Notes: generated by a model from the sequence alone, not told the origin. A stretch of 64,000 bases of DNA from Octopus sinensis (GCF_006345805.1 NC_043013.1:38874001-38938000), one strand, 5' to 3'; shown: positions 1-13,210, counted from the stretch's first letter. Numbers and translations are program-made.

Positions 1-169
1 TGTCTTCCCTTCTCGGGATCTTTCCTTCACCTTTGTTTCCGACGAAGAGCTCCGCTCGAAACGTTAAACCCTCCTTCTTCCCTTCTTTCCTGAGCATCCA
101 ATAATACTTTATTTGTTCCACGTCCTCGCGTTGCTGTGTTTTTTTTTGTGTGTGTTTTCTTATTTGGAT

Positions 170-172
<3 letters not shown>
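1..172 (+). mobile_element. 3' terminal fragment of a small PLE-type non-autonomous element ending in (TA)n
   Basis: Hammerhead-shaped motif at 35-69, then about 100 bp running into (TA)n; similar layout to the elements at 36281, 36583 and 54525. Confidence 0.5.
35..69 (+). ncRNA. Minimal type I hammerhead-like motif (U4C core variant)
   Basis: GTTT-CCGACGA-A-GAGC(TCC)GCTC-GAAA-CG-TT-AAAC: 4-bp stem I, 4-bp stem II, palindromic ACGT stem III. Confidence 0.45.
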
Positions 173-258
<86 letters not shown>

Positions 259-404
259 ATATATATATATTTATGCACACATATATCTATATACATCTAT
301 ATGTATATATACACATTTATATATACATATATATATACACACATATATACATATATACATACACACACACACACATACAGTTATGCACACATATATATAA
401 TGAT

Positions 405-750
405 TCATACCGAAGACGAAGTGTAACTAAAAGCTTTATTACCACTTCAATCGTTTCGGCTCCGTTCTGTACTGCTCCCTTGTGGGTGTTTGTCGATGTA
501 ATGATATCAGATGCAAAATACAGTGAAGCGAGCCTCATCAGGTGACCTAACATGCTTCAAAAGATTTACATATCGTTTTCGCTCCAAGATTACACGCCGA
601 TAGTGAGTTGCTAGCAGTTTATACACATTTTGGTAAAGGGAGGAAGTGGTAGAGTCAGGAAGTGGTTCATAAAAAAATAAGGAATATATATATGTAAAAA
701 AATAAAGAATTTAAGGCATATGGGGAAGGGGGGCATAGAGTTTTCGTCAA
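405..750 (-). mobile_element. PLE-type terminal (pLTR-like) fragment with decayed hammerhead at 441-547
   Basis: Reverse strand GTCAC-CTGATGA-GGCTC...GAGCC-GAAACGATTGA-A-GTGGT; same layout as the motif at 63442 but stem III mutated. Confidence 0.5.
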
Positions 751-825
751 GAAGTGTTTACTAAAAATGTAATAAAGATACAAAAGAATTTACACAACGT
801 AAATGGTGTGCATGCGCGTGTGTGT

Positions 826-885
<60 letters not shown>

Positions 886-1381
886 GTGGAAACCTTTGCT
901 GACTGGTTGCTGACACACGACGGCGTGCTCAAGAATTTTGGTGGGGGTTTAATTCCCGTCTTTAGACTTTATGACTGTCTACACCGACACACACACACAC
1001 ACACACACGTATATATACACACCTGCGTGTGGACGAATACATGCATACACGCACACTTCCACACGCAACACATATATATTTATACATCTACACGGGCACA
1101 CACACCCCACCTCCTCATCCTGTCAATTCACAGCTGCGCTTATATTGGCACATGCAAGTCCGCACCGATATATACGCGAACATAGACTCACTTATATACG
1201 CACTCGGTGTATGTATATATACGCATCTATCAATATTTACACTTACACTGAAACCTACACATATGAGTATGCGCATGTGCGCGCACACAAACACACTCTT
1301 ATATATGATTGTGTATATATATATATATATATATAGATATATATATATATATAATATAATATATATATATATATATATATT

Positions 1382-1854
1382 ATATAAAAGGGCTTAGTAA
1401 AAAAATACTTTGCCGCATAAAACTCATTAGAAATAGCAGCCAAAAACTTTTTTAAAGCTATTTCTAATACTTAAGAAAATCTCTCTCATATATAGTGTTT
1501 GCTTAATTCACTCACAAAGTTTGGGGGTAAGGACATCGAAAAATCAAATGCTAAGTTATTCGAGAACGTACGTTTCAAGATTAGTCAAAACACATTTCTA
1601 TCATCGGCTCAGAAATTTCTGAGCCGATGATAGAAATGTTGTTTGACTAATCTTGAAACGTACGTTCTCGAATAACCTTAGCATTTGATTTTTCGATGTC
1701 CTTACCCCCAAACTTTGTGAGTTGAATTAAGCAAACCTATATATGAGAGAGATTTTCTTTAAGTATTAAAATAGCTTTAAAAAGTTTTTTGGCTGCTATT
1801 TCTAATGAGTTCAGTATGCGGCAAAGTAATTTATTTTACTAAGCCCTTTTATAT
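1382..1854. repeat. Zero-spacer palindrome, arms about 235 bp
   Basis: Axis GGCTCAGAAA|TTTCTGAGCC at 1615/1616; arms match apart from small indels. Confidence 0.95.
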
Positions 1855-1994
1855 TAATGTAATAATTTGAATTTGCCTTGAATGGTCCCTTTGCATACTG
1901 AACACTGGTGAAATTGATTAATAATTAATTAATTTTGCCCTCAATTGTTAAATATATATCTATTATATATATATAACACAACAATACGAATATG

Positions 1995-2027
<33 letters not shown>

Positions 2028-2137
2028 GTATAATATGTATATATATATATTTATATAGGATAATAACATATATTTATGTATATATATATATATAAATATA
2101 TATATATTATAATATATATAATTATATAATATAAGTG

Positions 2138-2457
2138 AGGGCGCGTGGCTTAGTGGTTAGGGCATTCGGCTCATGATCGTAAGGTTGTGAGTTCGATTCC
2201 CAGCGACGCGTTGTGTCCCTGAGCAAGACACTTTATTTCACTGGCTCCAGTCCACTCAGCTGGCAAAATGAGTTGTACTTGTATTTTCAAAGGGTCAAGC
2301 CTTGTCACTCTCTGTGTCACGCTGATTTTCCCCCGAGAACTACGTAAGGGTACACGTGTCTGTGGAATGCTCAGCCATTTGCAACGTTATTACGAGCAAG
2401 CTGTTATATATTCGTTGATATATACAGCTGGACCCTCGTCGTCGTAACCGGCGGATT

Positions 2458-2460
<3 letters not shown>
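2138..2460 (+). mobile_element. tRNA-derived SINE (family S2-type head, S3-type tail)
   Basis: A box TGGCTTAGTGG, B box GTTCGATTCC, shared tail ...CGTCGTAACC. Confidence 0.8.
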
Positions 2461-2501
<41 letters not shown>

Positions 2502-3039
2502 CGGGAAGCTTTATGAAAATAAACAAAAGACGAAGGCAGGTGGAATATAAACAAACAATTGTATTAGTATGGCGCTCATATATATATGTATATATAGTAT
2601 ATATATATATGTATATATATATATGTATATATATATTATTTATATAAGAATTTTTTGCGTAATAAGATTTAAAAAAACAAAACTTATATACACGCGCTGA
2701 CATAGAACCAACGTTGAACCCTTTATTCGCAATATTACCGACAGCATTACCCGATACCTTTGAGTCTCAATTACACCATTACCTCTTACATATATTTATA
2801 TAAATACACAAATATGCATACGTCTATATTTACACTTACATCGACACCTACACACACACACACATGGGTACACACGCGCACATTCTCGCACGTACACACA
2901 TACACACGCACGCGCATACACACATACGTACATACATATATAGCTAAATGCACACATACACGTGCATATATAGCTAAACGCACTCACACACACGTCCGCG
3001 CACATACACACACACAGACACACACACTTTAACTCGTGT

Positions 3040-3411
3040 CCATTGTCCGAAAGCTATTCGTCATACATCTGTGTGACCTCTTCAGCGGCACTTTCTGTCT
3101 TAGTGCGTGCACCTGCTCCGCTTAATCCATTCTGTTCATCTATAGAATATCTTTAATTTCCTTTCTGTCAACACCTCAAATGTAATATTTATTCCGTGAA
3201 GACGGAGGCTCGTCTGATCCAACGATGGAATCAATAATCTACTAACATTATTTTGGACTACCAAGCCCCCAGAAACCGCCGTTGGATTTGTAATACACCT
3301 CTTCAACCCCCTATAATTCTTGGTATCATTTCTATTCTGTGTAAGTCGAACCTTTTTGTATGTAAGCATATATACTTTTTTTGCATTTAGTGTATTTAAT
3401 ATTCTTTGTAT
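3040..3411 (-). repeat. Dispersed ~280-bp repeat (second copy 4984-5257) ending in a decayed hammerhead-like motif at 3050-3090
   Basis: 3132-3411 aligns directly to 4984-5257; reverse strand CTGAAGA-G-GTCA...TGAC-GAAT. Confidence 0.75.
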
Positions 3412-3724
3412 ATCGACCTGCCTGATTTGGCTAGCCTTATGTGTGTGTGTGTGTAAATACACATATACACATATACATATATACATACACATGCACATAC
3501 ACATGCGCACACACACGCACACGTACAGTTATATTTATGTATTTTTTTATATAGCATGCATTCATATATACAAGCACAGACCTATACAATGTACATGTGT
3601 ACTTAGGAAGATGTAATCGTACATACATTCATGCGTGGATGTATACATAGATACATCTACATTATTTACATTATTTACATTATTTTCATTCGACGGATGA
3701 TTGTCCTCATCTTGTTTGTTTATA

Positions 3725-3769
3725 ACACAACGTTTCGGCTGATTTACCCTCCAGCCTTCTTCAGGTGAC
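3725..3769 (-). ncRNA. Type I hammerhead-like motif in a PLE terminus
   Basis: TCAC-CTGAAGA-A-GGCTG(10 nt)CAGCC-GAAA-CG-TT-GTG; intact core, 5-bp stem II, ACGT stem III, only 3-bp stem I. Confidence 0.55.
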
Positions 3770-3816
3770 TTGAGGAAATTTCGAACCTGGGTTCTCATTC
3801 CTAAGGTATTATTCGA

Positions 3817-3865
<49 letters not shown>

Positions 3866-4164
3866 GTTGTTGTTGTTGTTGTTGTTGTTGTTCAGGTCAC
3901 TGCTTGGAATTAAACTCAGAATCTTGGGGTTAGTAACCCGCGCTCGTAACCTCTACGTCATATGCCCTTGAGCATATTTATATTTATATTTATATACGAT
4001 GTTGCGAATCGTGCAGAGATTACCGAGTGGGTATCTTGATTTGTCCCAACATGAACAACAAACAAGATGAGGACAAATATCCGTCGAATGAAAATAATAT
4101 AAATAATGTAAATAATGTACATAATTCCTCATCTCTTAAATATAGAAGTATAAATACATCTGTC

Positions 4165-6822
4165 GGTATTTTTCTAGCTTGGGTTTCTCGGTGCATGCAA
4201 GTTATGGCTGTGGGAGCGCTGAGCTGTTGTAGTGGGTGCAGGTGGCTTTTTTTAGTGTGTGTGCAGCGTGCAAATTCGTTCAGTTAATTTGTTAATTACT
4301 CTTTCTCTAGTTAGTAAAATGGACAAAAATTCTTCCAAGCACAACCCATACCCTCTAGAAAGGGTGTTGTATGGTTTTGCGTGTCTTGCAAGTGCCCAGG
4401 ACGGTTCATAGTTGGTGTTATCTGATTTTAGTTTCCACAGAAATTCCACCAGTGATGTTGTATGTCTCGTAGTTATTTTCTTAAAACTTGAGATGTGGTT
4501 GAGATATCGATTCTTGAATGAATCGGCCGTGACACCTATGAACGCACACGGACCTCCTCGTGTGTGCACTGTACATTTATATACGATGTTGCGAATCGTG
4601 CAGGGATTACCGAGTGGGTATCTTGATTTGTCTCTACACGAGCACCTATTGCTGGCTGCTGTTAGTGACTAGTGGTTGTATTCAGTTATTTCCGTCGTTC
4701 TCGTTACATGTCGGTTCGTTTTCACTATGTTGTTGTTATGCGGACTCCCTGGGTTACTTAGAATTTGGTTGTTATTATTTCCGGATGGGTCCATGCTATG
4801 GGTTCCTATGCTTAACCCTTCCTAGCGGTCGGTCGAGTAAGCATTGTATACAGGTACATTAGTTGAGAGTTCACTGGGGGGGGGGGGGGTTTGTCCGAGC
4901 CCTTATTTAGCATCCTGTCGCTGATTCGGTGCTTATGCTGCTCCAAGTTGGAGGAGATTGCGTATTACACCTTCACGTTATGCCTGTTCATCTATAGAAT
5001 ATCTTTAATCTCTTTTCTGTCAACACCTCAAATGTAATATTTATTCCTTGAAGACGGAGGCTCCTCTGATCCAACGATAGAATCAATCTACTAACATTAC
5101 TTGGGATTACCGAGCGCCCAGAAACAGCCGTTGGATTTGTAATATTCCTCTTCAACCCCCTTTAATTCTTGATATCATTTCTATTCTGTGTAAGTCGAAC
5201 CTTTTTGTATGTAAGCATATATACTTTTATTTTTATTTAATGTATCTAATATTCTTTATTTGTATTTAATATGGAGTGGTATTTTTGGGATCTCGGGAAA
5301 CACCTTTCCAATGCCGCAAGGAACTGTCTAGCGATTTTCGAAGAAACATTCGATGCGTGGATCAGATTATACCAGAGTACAGTGTGTTTTTTGTATTTGG
5401 TGCTGGGTTTGTCAGACCGCGTGCATTGAGTTTGTTCGGTGTGATCTATTTTGTTGTGTGTAGTTATGTTCGGATGGAAGATTTTTGTGTCTAGACGGTT
5501 TGGTATCTCGGTTATTGTTATGATTGGGTGTTATACGTCGGTGGTGGTGATTTTGGCCGGGGTAATTTCCGTAGCTGTGTGTTCTTGCTGTTTGTTTATC
5601 GTTGTTGGTGGTGTGTGAGTCAGTTATATGTGTGTTGTCTTGGTGTATGAATTTAATCCATTCTCGGTATCCATCCTTAGCTAGAAACCTCGTTGTAATA
5701 GGATCCATGTAAATTGAATAATTCCTCTTTGGCAGACAATCTGGATATCCTAGTCTGAATACTACCTACAAACCCCGGTTTAATGGAGGGTGGATGGTTA
5801 GACAAGGCGTTCATGTATTTAGGCTAGCATGTGCTTTATGAATGAGCTCGAGTAACCGGTTTCAAGGCTGAATGTGGAAGCCAGGAAGTTAACATTTCAT
5901 TTCTACAGTAATGGCTAGTCCTACATTTCTAAACAGTTTCAGTAGTTTTTTTTCTTACTTCTTTCTTGTCCCGCATTGGGGCAATGTTTTAAGTAAAAGG
6001 GTACGTCGTCCCTATATAGTCTCCCTCCGATCTCTGTGAGAGTGGCCTGGATTAGGGATAGGAAGTAGACTCCAACTAAGTCAGTGACTTGTGCGGAGTC
6101 GGATGATCCACTCGCTAAATCGAAGGCGTCAGCTCTATCTGCTCTACAATAGAATTTGCTGTCAAAATCTACCAGTGTACCCCTAGCTGCTAGTATTGTA
6201 ACAATTTCTTGACGGGATAGATCGGAGTTAGACTTAGCAAAAGATCAGGGCTTTATTGAGAAGGATGGGGTTAATAATACTATAATAGTTATTTATATCT
6301 AGTTACAGGAATTTGCTATTAAAGTTTATGTCTAGTTGCTTAAACCAAGCTATACTTGACGGATGTCAGACCACAGGGCTAATCGTACCTTAGATTTGAG
6401 AGTGGGTGCTATTCTATCTATAATTATCTTACTAATCCGGCCTATATCGGATTTAGAAGGGCGAATCAGTCTTACTGGGGGGGGGGGGTTAAGAAATTGG
6501 GGTTGTGATCTTTTAGGGTGATTCTGGGTTTCCTAGGGGTGTGTTCTATTTTTAAATTAGATGGTTCTGTTCTATCGCCTATCTCTAGCTTTCTAACAAT
6601 TTCTAAGCCTCTGCAATTAATGTTATTTAATATATCTATACTTGCATGTCTGAATTCCTTCGTAATTAAACTTTTATATAATTGTACATTGATAATGTAG
6701 ACATTACTGGTTTCGTCGGCTGGTTAAATAATTCCGGAAGCTTTCTCGAAGTAGACGAGTAACTTTTGAAGCTTTTGTTATTGTTTTCGGATGGCGGTGG
6801 GGTATTTCCTGAATCTCACATT
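4165..6822 (-). mobile_element. Penelope-like retroelement relic: RT, thumb, linker, C-terminal GIY-YIG (frameshifted)
   Basis: Reverse-strand peptides DETSNVY, ITLKDH, GRISK, SGSSDSAQVTDLVGVY, YRDD, NHPPSI, RCSCRDK, NIVYKC, FIGVTADSFKNRYLNHISSF. Confidence 0.92.
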
Positions 6823-6884
6823 ATATGTGTGTGTTGTTTTGGTGCATGAATTTAATCCGTTCTCGGTATCCGGCCCTAGCAGTC

Positions 6885-8070
6885 AATGTGAGATTCAGGA
6901 AATACCCCACCGCCATCCGAAAACACCAACAAAAGCTTCAAAAGTTACTCATCTACTTCGAGAAAGCTCCCAGGATTATTATATACCAACCGACAAAACC
7001 GGTAATGTCTACATTATCAATATACAATTATATAAAAGTTTAATTACGAAGGAATTCAGACATGCAAGTATAGATATATTAAATAACATTAATTGCAGAG
7101 GCTTAGAAATTGTTAGAAAGCTAGTGATAGGCGATAGAACAGAACCACCTATGGATAGAACACACCCCTAGGAGACCCAGAATCACCCTAAAAGATCACA
7201 ACCCAAATTTTTAATCCGCCAACCCCAGTAAGACTAATTCGCCCCTCTAAATCTGATATAGGCCGAATTAGTAAGATAATTATAGATAATTATAGGCGCG
7301 GGAGTGGCTGAGTGGTAAGCAGCTTGCTTACCAACTACATAGTTCCAGGTGTCTTCTACTATAGTTTCAGGCCGAGCAAAGCCTTGTGAGTGGATTTGGC
7401 AGACGGAAGCTGAAAGAAGCCTGTCGTATATATGTATACGTATATATATGTGTGCGTGTTTGTGTGTCTGTGTTTGTTCCCCGCACCCCAACATCACTTG
7501 ACAACTGATACTGGTGTGTTTATGTCCCCGTCACTTAGCGGTTCGGCAAAAGAGATAGCTAGAATAAGTACTAGGCTTACAAAGAATAAGTCCTGGGGTC
7601 GATTTCCTCGACTAAAGGCGGCGCTCTAGCATGACCGCAGTCAAATGACTGAAACAAGTAAAAGAGTAAAAGAGTAAAGAGAGAGAGAATAGCACTCACT
7701 CTCAAATCTAAGGTACGATTAGCCCTGTGGTCTGATATCCGTCAAGTATAGCTTGGTTTAAGCAACTAGATATAAACTTTAATAGCAAATTCCTGTAACT
7801 AGATATCGATAACTATTATAGTATTATTAACCCCACCCTTCTCAATAAAACCCTGATCTTTTGCTAACTCCGATCTATCCCGTCAAGAAATTGTTACAAT
7901 ACTAGCAGCTAGGGGTACACTGGTAGATTTTGACAGCAAATTCTATTGTAGAGCAGATAGAGCTGACGCCTTCGATTTAGCGAGTGAAACATCTAACTTT
8001 GCACAAGTAACTGACTTAGTTGGAGTCTACATTCCATCTCTAATCCAGGGATAGAATGTAGACTCCAACT
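6885..8070 (+). mobile_element. Inverted duplicate of the PLE RT region (mirror of 6046-6822), interrupted by a SINE
   Basis: Direct reverse-complement alignment; ORF 6791-7171 reads PTDKTGNVYIINIQLYKSLITKEF. Confidence 0.92.
7295..7680 (+). mobile_element. tRNA-derived SINE family S1 (~390 bp, internal microsatellite, GTAAAAGA tail)
   Basis: Head GGCGCGGGAGTGGCTGAGTGGTAAG; tail GGCGGCGCTCTAGCATGACCGCAGTCAAATGACTGAAAC; many copies in the window. Confidence 0.9.
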
Positions 8071-8529
8071 ATCAATCTACATCTTACAATCAAAGACACA
8101 TACTCGCAGCCAACCACATGCTCGGACGTGAATTTGTTGTCTCTGATATAAGGAGAAAGTTAATAAAACATTCACTGACGTTACAAAAAGCCGCTCAGTT
8201 GATTAAAAATCCGATTTACGCAATTGATTCAGTATTTAATTAAAATAGCCTCTGTTTTTAACACAGCAAGTCTATGAGACGTAATCTCAGTAAAAATATT
8301 GCAGTAAGTAGCTAATCGACAGAGTGTGTACATTAAGTATAATGTTTATTTTTAAAAAATACTCCTTCAATTGCATATAGCGGAAAGTAAAGTAATTTAA
8401 AAAAAGACGCTAAATTGCTTCTACAGACTTGTATGATCGTGTTACATTTTACATTCTTTTTAGCCCGCTAGACATAAAAATATTTCCAATGTGGCCCACC
8501 TTAAAAATAGTTTGCCGAGCTCTGTCCTA

Positions 8530-10390
8530 GATGCAGGGTTTGAAAATAAAATATATAAGTGTTTTTAAAATGACGGTGTTAATCACAAAAGTCATTTGTC
8601 ACTTACTTGTGTAACCACTTAATTACCTTATGAAATCTCTATTTACGGTGAAAGTAAATTATAAGCGTTGATAATGTGAAGTATTTGACACGAGTGTGTA
8701 TCGTCAATCATTGTTTTTATCTATTAAAAATAGGGTTTTAGAAATAATTGTTGCTTCAACGTTTAATTCTTGTGAGAAGCCAATACTAAAATAGGATAGC
8801 ATGTCACAGAGGTATATGTCAAGAATTTATTAACGTCATGAGCGGAGACATCTAAAATAACTACTGGTAATAGTCAATATTTCATGCTGTGGCAATGTAT
8901 TAAGACAGTAGTTGTTCTTGAAAATTGAGGTCGATAGATTCGACAACACTACTGTGTACAGTGACAAAAATTCTTTGGAACAAATCGTTGTGTAAAAGCG
9001 TACGGCAAACAAATCACGTGTTCAAACGAAGGTTGCGTAAGTGACTGTTGGTGGAAATGCATATGTTACAATGTTGATAATCACCAAATGTAGAATTACT
9101 ATTCATCTGCTGGGATCATCAACTTTAAGTTGCTAACGTCATCCCAATTGACATAGGATCTCATTGTAGAAATGCGCCTGTCCGAATATCTATAGTCGAG
9201 GTCACCAATCGTAGATCAGATACGCGCGTGTCCCAACATTGAGGACGCCAGTTATAAAATTTCGTCTTCTGAGTGGGGCATATAAAAATTGCTTCCAATT
9301 TAGAAATAATTATGTTTGTTCAAGAAAAGAATTTTTAGTAAGTAAATATAAAAGTCGTAGAAATGCTGTTTGTGAGAGCGTTTCTTTGTCCGACGTGGAG
9401 TCGGCTGTAAACAAAGATAACACTGATAATAAGTGAATCACGTTTGTTTATACAACATGAAGTAAACTCCAGATAAGACAAATGTACTTTAGAGAAAGAA
9501 CGCATCGAAAACATATTTGATTTGGTTAAAATGGTGGTAAGCATAATCGTGAGATAGGCTGAACAAAACATGTCTTGGAGAAGCTGATTGTATGAATTTT
9601 GACAAAACGAACGCCAACTATAAATACTTTGCTTATGTCTGCTGTGACAACATTGTTTTTTGTCAAATCTCTTGAAAGCAGGGAATCACTAGTGAGTGAT
9701 ATTGAAGAGGAGGTCTCGAATAGATTTGATTTTACAAAAGCGATCGTTTAGAAAGATGAGAGCTTGATGATGCTCGAGAATATGTTTGCTAACGACTGTC
9801 TCCATGACTTCTGTGATGTTGAAATTAAAATCGATTGGCCAATGGGGTCACAGTGGTTGCCCTTTTCATGAATGGGATATACTGCAACATGTCTCCAAAG
9901 ACTAGAATCTTTCTAGAGAAATAGAAATTGAAAAGAATTTGGTGTAGAGACTAGCTTTAGAGTTCATTGTTTGAGGGTTATGGAAAACAAAGTAAGATGG
10001 CCGATGCGTTTGTTGATATGAAGCGCCTTTTGAGAAGGGAGAGGAAATAAGATCTGAGGTGGGGGTGTTATTTTGCATGTGCAGTATGAATCTAAAAGCA
10101 CATGTGTCTGCATATTCTACATGAGTAGTCCTTACGGAACATTTGCAGTCGACATGTGGAGAGCAGAAGGAAACTACAAAATTAGGAGTGATCCTTTTGG
10201 AGACAAGAGAGGTTGTGGACTCACCGTTGTTCAGAGCGATTCACTGCGTTTCCAAATATGGATTGTAATAATTTCAATTTGCTTTGTGGCGGGTTAGTTT
10301 TTCAACACATTGCAAGCTGTGATCTTTATTATTATTGCTGTAGCGCAGTAATGAGTGAACCACTTAGATTTTGGTGGATATGTTTCCGTT
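8530..10390 (-). mobile_element. Highly decayed CR1/Jockey-group LINE ORF2
   Basis: Reverse-strand LWRHVAVYPIHEKGNHCDP, EVMETVVSKHIL, VVTADISKVF, YFSIGFSQEL, with many stops and frameshifts. Confidence 0.75.
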
Positions 10391-10404
10391 AGATCTGGGA
10401 TGTG

Positions 10405-10790
10405 GAAGCACAATGGCCCAGTGGTTAGGGCAGCGGACTCGCGGTCGTAGGATCGCGGTTTCGATTCCCAGACCGGGCGTTGTGAGTATTTATTTTAGCG
10501 AAAACACCTAAAGCTCCACGAGGCTCCGGCAGGGGATGGTGGTGACCCCTGCTGTACTCTTTCACCACAACTTTCTCTCACTCTTTCTTCCTGTTTCTAT
10601 TGTACCTGTATTTCAAAGGGCCGGCCTTGTCACTCTCTGTGTCACGCTGAATATATTCCCGGGAACTACGTTAAGGGTACACGTGTCTGTGGAGTGCTCA
10701 GCCACTTACACGTTAATTTCACGAGCAGGCTGTTCCGTTGATTCGGATCAACCGGAACCCTCATCGTCGTAACCGACGGAGTGCTTCCAC
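10405..10790 (+). mobile_element. tRNA(Arg-like)-derived SINE family S3
   Basis: GCACAATGGCCCAGTGGTTAGGGCAGCGGACTCGCGG...GTTTCGATTCC; further copies at 12855-13210, 21243-21540 and 53025-53393. Confidence 0.88.
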
Positions 10791-11184
10791 ACAGATATGG
10801 GATGTTGAGGGGCTTGTTTAAGATTATGGTTTCAGTCCTTTGTTAAATTGTCTCTGAAGGATGAAATGCAAAACACATGAATTGCCATGAATAGTTAGCG
10901 TAGAACTAGTAGTTCTCTAACTGTCCTGTTGATTTAAATATGTCTGAAAGCTTGCCAAAGCGAGAGAGAATAAGAGCTACAAGAATTCATGATAATGGAC
11001 CGGAAATGAAGATGGACGCAGACAAAGACAACGATTTGAACGTATGCAACACGGGAACACTTGAATGAATATGCTCTCGGAATCGGTTCCGTACGCTGAA
11101 GAATATGAAGACCACAAAACGGCAGCTGTTGGTAGAAGAACTCCACATACTTGCCACTTTAATTTAATGAAGTCATTTTGGTAC

Positions 11185-11201
11185 ATGCACACACACACAC
11201 A

Positions 11202-11243
<42 letters not shown>

Positions 11244-11448
11244 TTCTCACTTTGTTCTACCCTTCCTCCCACTCTCCCTCTTTCACCCTTTCTTTCTCCA
11301 ACTCTCTCTCTCTCTTTCTTTCCTTTTCCCTCTTTCTCTCTCTCCCGCTTTTTCTCATTCTCTCCCTCTCTCACCGTTTCTCCCACTCTCTCCCTCTTTC
11401 TTTCCTTTTCCTTCTTTCTCCCTCTCCCTCTTTTTCTTATTCTCTCTC

Positions 11449-11490
<42 letters not shown>
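11185..11490. repeat. (CT)n-rich polypyrimidine tract
   Basis: Direct reading. Confidence 0.95.
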
Positions 11491-11491
<1 letters not shown>

Positions 11492-11947
11492 CTTTCCTTT
11501 CTGAGAGGCCTTGAACAATAGGTGCCGTCTTCTCTCCCGGCTAAAAAAAAATCTAATTCAAATAAAATGTCTTTTCACTTTCTTAAAGCTGTGTACCAAT
11601 TGGATATCTCTGCTCAATTCCTTCAGTGGCTTCCTCACTTCAGTATTTCCTTCCCGTAAATGACTCGTTAAGCTCCCATTAATCAACTTCCTGTATTGAC
11701 GTTCACTGCAAGTTGACCATACAAATAGCAAATTTGTGATTTATGTAAACAGCTCTCTCTCTCCTTCCCTCCCTCTCTTTCTCTCTCTCTCACTCACTCA
11801 CTCTCCCCACTTCCGAATAAATACAGTAGGGGTGTGGGACACAGTGAGTAATATTTTCTGCATTTTTGAATCTAAGAAAAAAATTATTTTCACAAATGTT
11901 CACTGCCTTACAGAAACTATATCTACTAAGCAAATTACCTTTATATA

Positions 11948-12475
11948 TTGGGTTTCGACTTATTTTAGAACATGGTTGAGTCCATATAATAGGATTTGAC
12001 TACACCTCCATTTAGAACACAGTTTAAACTATCTTTTCATGGAAGAAGATTTATGTTCCTATAACCTGTGTTAATTCTGTAACCCTTTAAAATGGAAGAT
12101 AAGAAACTTCCTTTTCGGCACTTGATGCTTTGGAAACCAGGCAAAAATTGCTGCAGCTCGGCTGGGATCTGTTACCCCACCCTCCATATTCACCAGATAT
12201 TGCTCCTTCGGATTTCCATTTATTCAGGTCTCTGCAGAATATTCTTAATAGTAAACGTTTCAGTTCTTTGGATGGCGTAAAAAGATACCTTGATGAATTC
12301 TTTGCCATGAAACCACCTCAATTCTGGGAAGAGGCGATTTTCAAGTTAAAGGAAAGATGGAGACGCATTGTGCAACAAAATGATTCATATTTGGTTGATT
12401 AAAAATGTAATGGCAAGTATTTATTGACCTTTTTCTTTCCTTTAAAAATCGGCACGAACTTTCCAGACAACCCAA
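11948..12475 (+). mobile_element. Internally deleted mariner transposon
   Basis: N-terminus MEDKKLPFRHLML joined to C-terminus GWDLLPHPPYSPDIAPSDFHLF...; 3' TIR reverse complement TTGGGTTGTCTGGAAAGTTCGTGCCG; partial 5' TIR; TA flanks. Confidence 0.9.
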
Positions 12476-12854
12476 TACATTAAAATCACTATAACTATCA
12501 AAACACTATTTCAGAAAACAATCTTCGTTCTCTTTGAGCATATAAAAACACAAATTTAGATAGAGCAAAATGAGTAAGCCAAGATAAGGTAAATTTGCCT
12601 CTTCAAATCTCCAGAATTACACTTGCAAACAGGCTCATACATATCAATATTCATCCTTCGACATAAGAAAGAATACAAATGCAACAAAACTTTTTAAATA
12701 TCTAGGCCAAATGGAAGAGGCTCTGGGTAAAATAGCGCATGACATGAAATTAATAAAACTCAAACCTAAAACCTTAGCATAAAATACTCTCTGTAGCTTC
12801 TTCACGATCTGCTGGAGTAGCTCTCTTCCTGATATATTTATGCAGCATGTGTGA

Positions 12855-13210
12855 GGTGCAGTGGCCCAGTGGTTAGAGCAGCAGACTCGCGGTCGTAGGA
12901 TCGCGGTTTCGATTCCCAAACCGGACGTTGTGAGTGTTTATTGAGCGAAAACACCTAAAGCTTCACGAGGATCCGGCAGGGGATTGTACACTTTCACCAC
13001 AATTTTCACTCTTTCTTCTTGTTTCTGTTGTACTTGTATTTCAAAGGACCAGCCTTGTCACACTCTGTGTCACGCTGAATCTCCCCGAGAACTATGTTGA
13101 GGGTACACGTGTCTGTGGAGTGCTCAGCCACTTGTGCGTCGATTTCACGAAGAGGCTGTTCCGTTGATCGGATTAATTGGAACCCTCATCGTCGTAACCG
13201 ACGGAGTGCC
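12855..13210 (+). mobile_element. SINE family S3
   Basis: Aligns to 10405-10790. Confidence 0.88.

Noticed and set aside
9335-9571. ORF resembling a GPCR transmembrane segment
   Set aside because: It lies within the decayed LINE RT region and is an off-frame reading of it
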